A stretch of 64,000 bases of DNA, taken from NCBI GenBank assembly GCA_030647655.1, contig JAUSJH010000002.1:130445-194444 (forward strand), read 5' to 3'. Below are positions 57,928 to 64,000 of this stretch, piece after piece; the first letter of the stretch is position 1; every line of letters starts with the position of its first letter. The notes beneath the pieces are model-generated. The model ran no database searches and was not told the DNA's origin. It worked only from the letters and a program-made list of their open reading frames with translations. Source of the DNA: a bacterium. Lineage in GTDB: Bacteria > Patescibacteriota > Minisyncoccia > Phycocordibacterales > UBA2100. Made by a program: the position numbers and the translations under genes.

Positions 57928-59202
57928 TTATTTACCCTTCAAAATCTCGACAGCCTTATCGAGCTGAGGGTCTTTACCCGCCTTTGCGTCATCGTCACTA
58001 ATATCGACTTTTACGTCCGGCGTTATTCCATCATGCGGGATATGGATGCCGTCGGGGCCGAGCCAGCGGGCGACCGTTATTTTGAGAGCCGTATCCGGAG
58101 TGATGTCCACGAGCTCTTGTACCGAGCCTTTCCCGAACGTATTGGTACCGACAAGCGTGGCTATCCCATAGTAATGCAGTGCATCAGCGAGGATCTCTGA
58201 AGCAGACGCCGAGCCGCGATCCACCAAGACGACCATTTTGAGGTTTTTGTTGAATATGTTGAAGCCGAGCGAGCGGTGTATTATGTTGCGCGCATGACCT
58301 GCATAATCCTCGGTAACAACTATCTTACCGCTCGGCAAAAACCAGCTCGCCATTTCGACGGATGCTTCCAAATACCCTCCCGGATTCCCGCGAAGATCGA
58401 GTATGAGCTTGGTATCACCTGATTGGACAAACTCACGAAGCGCATTGCGGAACAAATCCGAGGAGTTGGCCGTGAAGGTAGCGAGCTCGATGACGAATAT
58501 GCCATCGGGTCTTTTCGTCGTCGTAACTATCGGTACATTAATGACGTCGCGCACAACCTTTATCTCACGCGGGCCACTCGAGCCATCACGATAGATAGTG
58601 AATGTCACAGTGGTTCCCTTGGGACCGCGTATTTTTCTCACTGCCGCTCCGACATCCATCCCCTCCGTCGAAGCATCATCAATTTTCGCGATGCGGTCGC
58701 CGCTCTTGAGACCGGCCTTATCGGCTGGTGTACCCTTGAGTGGAGAAACGACCGTAAGCACCTTGTCCTTGACCGCAATTTCCATTCCGACACCTTCAAA
58801 GCTACCGCTCATGTCATCGTTGAATTGCTGGCTTTCTGAAGGCGGCAGGAAAAAAGTATATGGATCGTCCAGAGAGCCCGCGAGTCCCTGTATCATCCCC
58901 CACACGCGCTTTTGATTTTCCGCCTCGGTTGATGTGGCCACGGGCGTCGAGGTCGCGACCGCGGCCGGCACGAATTTATCATTGATAACGCCCCACGCTT
59001 TCCACACGGGTGAAAAATCCACATTGGGCGGGGGTCCGGCACTTACCGATACTCCGCCTGAAGCAAGTCTTCCCTGCCCTCCCACGACGAACCCGCCTGC
59101 GAATGCGAGCGCCGCAAGAAGTATACCGCCGAGCACAATCGTTACTCGCCTTGGGTGTCGCGGGGCGAACGGAAGCGCGATACTCTTTTTTTCTTCGAAC
59201 AT
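57928..59202 (-). CDS. ctpA: carboxyl-terminal processing protease (peptidase S41)
   Basis: N-terminal TM helix, a PDZ region, and the S41 catalytic region (VLVDRGSASASEILADALHYYGIATLVGTNTFGKGSVQ). Confidence 0.85.
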   Translation of the reverse strand: MFEEKKSIALPFAPRHPRRVTIVLGGILLAALAFAGGFVVGGQGRLASGGVSVSAGPPPNVDFSPVWKAWGVINDKFVPAAVATSTPVATSTEAENQKRVWGMIQGLAGSLDDPYTFFLPPSESQQFNDDMSGSFEGVGMEIAVKDKVLTVVSPLKGTPADKAGLKSGDRIAKIDDASTEGMDVGAAVRKIRGPKGTTVTFTIYRDGSSGPREIKVVRDVINVPIVTTTKRPDGIFVIELATFTANSSDLFRNALREFVQSGDTKLILDLRGNPGGYLEASVEMASWFLPSGKIVVTEDYAGHARNIIHRSLGFNIFNKNLKMVVLVDRGSASASEILADALHYYGIATLVGTNTFGKGSVQELVDITPDTALKITVARWLGPDGIHIPHDGITPDVKVDISDDDAKAGKDPQLDKAVEILKGK

Positions 59203-59246
59203 CGGAGGATTATAGCATCAAGTATGCTGTCTGATGAGGTATAATT

Positions 59247-60164
59247 ATGCTCATGCATTCTCGCTATGAGCACAACGGTCTCGTGTGGATTGATCTCGAG
59301 TCCCCCACCAGCGACGAGGTTCGTGACATCGTAGAACAATTCAAGCTCGCGCCGCTTGTAGGCGAAGAATTACTCCTGCCTTCAAGCAAGCCCCGCGCCG
59401 AATATTACGGCAGTTGTATCTATCTTGTCTTCCATTTCCCCGCTCTCCGGCACTCACACAAGGCGCGCGAACAGGAGATCGATTTCGTGCTGGGACACAA
59501 GTTCATCATAACGACCCACTACGACACCATCGACCCACTGCATAATTTCTCCAAAGTGTTCGAGGTCAACTCCATGCTCGACAAAAGCAACATCGGAGAC
59601 CATGCCGGATATCTCTTTTTTTACATGCTGAAAAAGCTCTACAAGGCAGTAGAGCACGAGGTGGAATACGTGCGACAGGATCTTCTCACGGTCGAGGAGC
59701 ATATTTTCTCGGGTCACGAGGTCGCGATGGTTAACGCGCTATCGAGAAGCGCGCGTGACCTGATGAGTCTGCGGCAGCAGATCGAGCCGCACCGCGACAT
59801 ATTACACTCCCTCGAAGAGGTTGGGGTACAGCTCTTTGGTGCGGATTTCAGTTCCCACTTGCGGGCACTTTCCAACGAATACTATCGCGTACACAACCAC
59901 ATCATGCGACAGACAGAATCTCTCCACGAGCTCCGCGAGACCAACAATTCTCTGCTCTCGACCAAACAGAACGAGACGATGCGTGTCTTGACCATAATGG
60001 CGCTCCTCACATTCCCACTCTCGCTCTTCGTCGCAATATTCGACATCAACGCGACCTCCAACCCCATCATCGGGCTCCCCTATGATTTCTGGATAATCGT
60101 AGGTATTGTCTCCGGCATAGCTACTGCAATGCTTTTGTACTTCAGGCACAAAAAATGGCTCTGA
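59247..60164 (+). CDS. CorA-family divalent cation transporter-like protein
   Basis: A cytoplasmic N-domain and two C-terminal TM helices; the canonical GMN motif is replaced by FDIN. Confidence 0.6.
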   Translation: MLMHSRYEHNGLVWIDLESPTSDEVRDIVEQFKLAPLVGEELLLPSSKPRAEYYGSCIYLVFHFPALRHSHKAREQEIDFVLGHKFIITTHYDTIDPLHNFSKVFEVNSMLDKSNIGDHAGYLFFYMLKKLYKAVEHEVEYVRQDLLTVEEHIFSGHEVAMVNALSRSARDLMSLRQQIEPHRDILHSLEEVGVQLFGADFSSHLRALSNEYYRVHNHIMRQTESLHELRETNNSLLSTKQNETMRVLTIMALLTFPLSLFVAIFDINATSNPIIGLPYDFWIIVGIVSGIATAMLLYFRHKKWL

Positions 60165-60165
60165 T

Positions 60166-61653
60166 ATGAAGTGGATGGATTTTTTCGCTAAAAAGCGAGG
60201 CGATGTGCAAACATCGGTACCACTCTATCTCTACAACACGCTCGGAAAGGAAAAACAGGAGTTCAAGAAATCTCCGCATGCCAAAGAGGTGCGCATGTAT
60301 AACTGCGGTCCGACCGTCTACGGCCGCCAGCACATAGGCAATCTATCGATGTTTGTCTTTACAGACATACTCCGGCGCACCTTGGACTACAACAACTTTA
60401 ATGTAAGGCAGGTCATCAATTTCACCGATTTTGGACACCTAACGTCCGACAGCGATGAGGGAGAGGACAAGATGATGAAAGGACTGAAGCGCGAAGGGCT
60501 CTCCCCCACCATAGACAACATGCGCGCGCTCGGAGAGAAATTTGCAAATTTCTTTCTCGAAGATATTCGTGCATTGAACATCAACCCCGATCGCATCACT
60601 TTCCCCCGTGCGAGCGACTACATTCCCGCACAGATTGCCATGGTCCATGCTCTTGAAGAAAAAGGCTACACCTACACGGTTAAAAGCGGTATATACTTTG
60701 ACACCTCTCGTTTTCCTGATTATGGAAAGCTGGGTGACATCAATCTTGCCGGACTCAAGGAGGGTGCACGGGTGAAGGTAAACACTGACAAGAGAAGCCC
60801 GACTGATTTTCTCCTCTGGAAATCAAGTAAGAAACTCGGCTGGGACAGCCCTTGGGGCAAAGGTTTCCCAGGGTGGCACATCGAGTGCTCCGCCATGATA
60901 CGGGCCATTCTGGGGCCCCAGATAGACATCCATACTGGAGGTATCGAGCACATACCTATTCACCACAATAATGAGATAGCCCAATCCGAGTCCGCGACCG
61001 GCAAGAAACCTCTTGCCCGATTCTGGCTCCACCGCGCACACATACAGCTCGAGGGCGCAAAAATAGCCAAATCCGGAGGCAACGTTGTCTATCTTTCCGA
61101 CGTGGTTGAGCGCGGATTCCATCCTCTCGCGCTCCGCTATCTTTTCTTGACCGCCCATTACCGCACACCATCAAACTTCACGTGGGAAGCATTGGGTGCG
61201 TCGCAGACGGCATTTGCGAAACTCGTCGCGCTACGCCTCTCGCTCAAAGATGTTGAAGCTGTCTCCCCTCGCCCAACGTGGAAGCAAAAGTTTACCGAGT
61301 GCGTTAATGATGACCTCGACACGCCCAAGGCACTTGCTGCTCTTTGGGAAATGACAAAAGACGAATCACTCCCCCCTGCCGAACGTTTGGCATTGCTCTT
61401 GGATGCCGACAGAGTACTCGGCTTGAATCTTGCCGAACCCGACGAATCGGCACGCAAGCTTGTTGCTGGCGAGCAAAAAGAAGAAGTGGTGAGCGAGAGT
61501 CTGCCGGAAAACGTTGCCGCCCTTCTGAAAGAGCGCGAGGAAGCCCGTGCCGCAAAGAATTGGCAACGGGCGGACGAACTACGCAACAAGATAGAAAGCG
61601 AAGGCTACTCACTCGAAGATACCGGGGCTTCCTCGCGCGTCTTCAAACTTTGA
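60166..61653 (+). CDS. cysS: cysteine--tRNA ligase
   Basis: MYNCGPTVYGRQHIGN (HIGH region), KIAKSGGN (KMSKS variant), and Zn ligands (CGPT, WHIEC). Confidence 0.9.
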   Translation: MKWMDFFAKKRGDVQTSVPLYLYNTLGKEKQEFKKSPHAKEVRMYNCGPTVYGRQHIGNLSMFVFTDILRRTLDYNNFNVRQVINFTDFGHLTSDSDEGEDKMMKGLKREGLSPTIDNMRALGEKFANFFLEDIRALNINPDRITFPRASDYIPAQIAMVHALEEKGYTYTVKSGIYFDTSRFPDYGKLGDINLAGLKEGARVKVNTDKRSPTDFLLWKSSKKLGWDSPWGKGFPGWHIECSAMIRAILGPQIDIHTGGIEHIPIHHNNEIAQSESATGKKPLARFWLHRAHIQLEGAKIAKSGGNVVYLSDVVERGFHPLALRYLFLTAHYRTPSNFTWEALGASQTAFAKLVALRLSLKDVEAVSPRPTWKQKFTECVNDDLDTPKALAALWEMTKDESLPPAERLALLLDADRVLGLNLAEPDESARKLVAGEQKEEVVSESLPENVAALLKEREEARAAKNWQRADELRNKIESEGYSLEDTGASSRVFKL

Positions 61654-64000
61654 TTACTCTTCAACGACGAAGTTAACCAGTCTGCCGGGCACTACAATAG
61701 TGCGTGATATCTTCTTCCCTTCCAAACGCGCAACTACAGCCTCGCGCGCAGCTGTCTCGAGAGCTGTTTTATCGGTACCAGCGGCAACTTCAACCGTTCC
61801 ACGCATCTTGCCATTAATTTGAACGGCTATTGTAACGCTCTCGTCTTTCAGGAGAGCCTCGTCATAGATTGGCCACGGTTCCTTATGTACCGATCTTTTG
61901 TGTTCGCCCAATCCCCACAACTCTTCCGCCATGTGGGGAGCAAACGGGGCAAGAAGCTTCAGGAACCGTTCCCACTGGCTTTTACCTATCTTTTTCTCCT
62001 TCTCCAGAGCGTTGAGAAATATCATCAGAGAACTGATGGCAGTATTGAATTTCATTGCATTGATATCTTCTCCGACTTTTTTGATCGTTTTGTGAAGAAG
62101 ATTCACTAGTGCGGTATTTTCAGCTTTACCAACCATATCTTGGGCACGGCAAACTCGTTCTAAGAACCGCCTTACGCCCACCACTCCATCTGGATTCCAT
62201 GGAAAGCTCGAGACTTCGTTGTAGGGGCCGACGAAGGCCAAATACATGCGCACAGTGTCCGCACCGAGGCGTTCCACCACTTCGTCAGGATCCACTACGT
62301 TGCCGTGCGATTTGCTCATTTTTTGGCCATCGGGGCCGAGAATAATACTCCGGTTCATGCGCCGTTTGTACGGCTCTGCGTCCTTGACAAGACCGAGGTC
62401 AAAAAGCGCTTTGTGCCAAAAGCGGCTATAGAGAAGGTGCATGGTTGTGTGCTCCGCTCCACCTGAATAAAGGTCCACAGGCATCCACTTGCCCATTTTC
62501 TTTGCATCCGCGAATTTCTTTTTGTTTTTTGGGTCGGTGTAACGCAAAAAATACCACGATGAATCCACGAATGTGTCGAGCGTGTCCGTCTCGCGCTCCG
62601 CTCTACCTTTGCACTGTGGACATTTCACCGCGACCCATTTCTTTGCTTTCGCCAACGGCGATTTACCACTCCCTTCGGGAAGATAATCTTTGACCTCCGG
62701 CAACTCCACCGGCAAGTCTTTATCAGCCACCGCGACAGTACCGCATTTTGGGCAGTGAATTATAGGAATCGGTACACCCCAGTAGCGTTGACGCGAGACT
62801 ATCCAATCACGGAGCTTGTACGTCACCTTCTTGCGACCGAAAGTTTGTCCCATCGCATTCTCGGCCTCGTGCACTGTCATTCCGTCGAAAGTTCCTGAAT
62901 TAATAACAATCCCGTCGCCGTCGTAAAAGAAATTCCCATTGGCTCGTTGCCAGGCGATACGCATGTCTTCCCTATTGATGAACGCGCCCATTTCTTTCGC
63001 GGTCATCCAGGTCACCGTATGGCGCGACGCTTCATGAGGATCTATGCCACCTAGCGCATCGTCTTCTAGTTGGAAGAGAAGAGGCGTAAAGTGCACTAAT
63101 AGATTTTTTTGATAGTTGTCACTAAAGTACTTGCTGTGGATGGTTCCGCCGAGCTTGCGAACGAATTTCGCATGCATGTAGCCCGTTTCTTCGCGAATCT
63201 CTCGCTTTCCGGCCCCTACGACGTCTTCATTTTGCTCAATGCCGCCCGAAACACATCCTCTCACGTCCGTCGGCAGATACCGCACCGCGAGATACTTATC
63301 TTCGGACCAGTGTTTAACGACAGTGAGAATGGAGTTCCGATCGATGAACGGCTGACCTTTCTTTGCGGCATCGCCACCTTTAGTAACCAGTATGAGCGGC
63401 TCCAGAGTTTCTTTGATGACAATTCCGTACTTCTTCGCGAACTCATAATCGCGCTCGTCGTGCGCAGGCACCGCCATGATGGCTCCCGTACCGTAGTGCC
63501 CGAGTACGTAATCTGCGACATATACCGGAATCTCCTTACCGGTCGCAGGGTTGATGGCTTTTACACCCTTGAGCTCTACACCGGTCTTTTCTTTTTGCTC
63601 CGCGAGTCGCTCAAGCTCCGTCTTTTTCTTCGCCGCGTCTATGTACTTCTCTACTTCATCCTTGTTTGATACCTGATGCTTGAGACTTGATACTTTTTCG
63701 TGCTCCGGCGCGAGCACGAGATATGTGCCGCCAAAAAGCGTGTCGGCGCGGGTCGTAAAAACTGTAATAGTTGGGACGCTCGCACGAAGAACATTGGGCT
63801 CTTTAAGATCTGTAAAGTGGCTCTTTTGCGATTTTTTCTGGATAAGCAAACACCCGAGATGTTTGGCGAAAGCCTCCCCGTCTGAAATAGGGACAACGTA
63901 ATCATTCGTATCATACAGGGTCACGAAACCGTGGCAATTCTTTTTGATTTTCTCAAAATTGAAACCCTTGCGCGTTGCTGCTACAACAGTCGGACGTTTC
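61654..64000 (-). CDS. leuS: leucine--tRNA ligase (partial; N-terminus lies beyond the window edge) with embedded Nudix domain
   Basis: VFTTRADTLFGG, YGTGAIMAVPAHDERDYEFA, KMSKSHGNVVDP, and a C-terminal anticodon-binding region. The frame is open to position 64000. Confidence 0.9.
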   Translation of the reverse strand, partial: KRPTVVAATRKGFNFEKIKKNCHGFVTLYDTNDYVVPISDGEAFAKHLGCLLIQKKSQKSHFTDLKEPNVLRASVPTITVFTTRADTLFGGTYLVLAPEHEKVSSLKHQVSNKDEVEKYIDAAKKKTELERLAEQKEKTGVELKGVKAINPATGKEIPVYVADYVLGHYGTGAIMAVPAHDERDYEFAKKYGIVIKETLEPLILVTKGGDAAKKGQPFIDRNSILTVVKHWSEDKYLAVRYLPTDVRGCVSGGIEQNEDVVGAGKREIREETGYMHAKFVRKLGGTIHSKYFSDNYQKNLLVHFTPLLFQLEDDALGGIDPHEASRHTVTWMTAKEMGAFINREDMRIAWQRANGNFFYDGDGIVINSGTFDGMTVHEAENAMGQTFGRKKVTYKLRDWIVSRQRYWGVPIPIIHCPKCGTVAVADKDLPVELPEVKDYLPEGSGKSPLAKAKKWVAVKCPQCKGRAERETDTLDTFVDSSWYFLRYTDPKNKKKFADAKKMGKWMPVDLYSGGAEHTTMHLLYSRFWHKALFDLGLVKDAEPYKRRMNRSIILGPDGQKMSKSHGNVVDPDEVVERLGADTVRMYLAFVGPYNEVSSFPWNPDGVVGVRRFLERVCRAQDMVGKAENTALVNLLHKTIKKVGEDINAMKFNTAISSLMIFLNALEKEKKIGKSQWERFLKLLAPFAPHMAEELWGLGEHKRSVHKEPWPIYDEALLKDESVTIAVQINGKMRGTVEVAAGTDKTALETAAREAVVARLEGKKISRTIVVPGRLVNFVVEE
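62950..63360 (-). other. Nudix hydrolase domain inserted in-frame within leuS
   Basis: A perfect Nudix box GGIEQNEDVVGAGKREIREETGY (G-x5-E-x7-REuxEExGu), coded at about 63178-63246, lies within a ~135-aa insert between the conserved leuS blocks ...FAKKYGIVIKETL and GIVINSGTFDGMTVHEA. Confidence 0.6.

Noticed and set aside
1-64000. Search for CRISPR arrays, rRNA and tRNA genes.
   Set aside because: No short direct repeats with regular spacing were seen, and no tRNA-like T-loop or acceptor pattern in intergenic regions. The longest non-coding stretches (54006-54409, 49848-50225) do not resemble rRNA or tRNA.

Overview
This 64-kb window looks like the chromosome of a small, fairly GC-rich (about 55–60%) bacterium; taxon-level placement (a reduced genome of the candidate-phyla-radiation/Patescibacteria type) is only suggested by shortened aminoacyl-tRNA synthetases (alaS without the C-terminal C-Ala domain, aspS without the GAD insertion) and a wall-synthesis cluster mraY-ftsW-murG that lacks murD. 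Secreted PG_binding_1 proteins also occur in the window.

Most of the window is core informational and cell-envelope genes:
- A ribosomal protein / RNA polymerase operon: infA, rpmJ, rpsM, rpsK, rpsD, rpoA, rplQ, rplM, rpsI.
- A chaperone cluster: grpE, dnaK, dnaJ.
- Replication and repair: dnaB, recR, rmuC, ung, a DnaQ-like exonuclease.
- tRNA synthetases and modification: alaS, trpS, aspS, gltX, cysS, partial leuS, and mnmA.
- Division and envelope: scpA, scpB, a D-Ala-D-Ala carboxypeptidase, mraY, ftsW, murG, an M23 peptidase, ctpA, mltG.

No rRNA, tRNA or CRISPR array was found.

The observations most worth a second look are:
1. The leuS reading frame carries an in-frame insert of about 135 residues with a perfect Nudix box, placed between two blocks of conserved leuS catalytic-domain sequence.
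2. A lower-GC island at about 38.1–41.9 kb carries two adjacent SET-domain genes next to an orphan multi-transmembrane sensor histidine kinase.
3. A short operon encodes a small membrane protein followed by an ATP-cone domain fused to an Mrr-type restriction-endonuclease domain. It is followed by mgtC and then an overlapping pair: a Cas4-like PD-(D/E)XK nuclease and an MGMT-type DNA-binding domain protein.
4. An AT-rich cassette of about 480 bp carrying a HicB-like gene lies between imperfect direct copies of a roughly 40-bp sequence (about 33 bp identical) that is the first codons of rplI.
5. A secreted protein with a PG-binding domain and PKD repeats has its signal peptide in a different reading frame from the rest of the gene.
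6. A gene for a protein combining sigma-70 region 4 with a HARE-HTH domain lies upstream of a 474-aa, tryptophan-rich, two-helix membrane protein with no recognisable family.
7. Several intergenic regions carry conserved structure: mutually exclusive hairpins upstream of a membrane-protein gene, a perfect 16-bp inverted repeat between hss and ung, and a repeated intergenic sequence motif.
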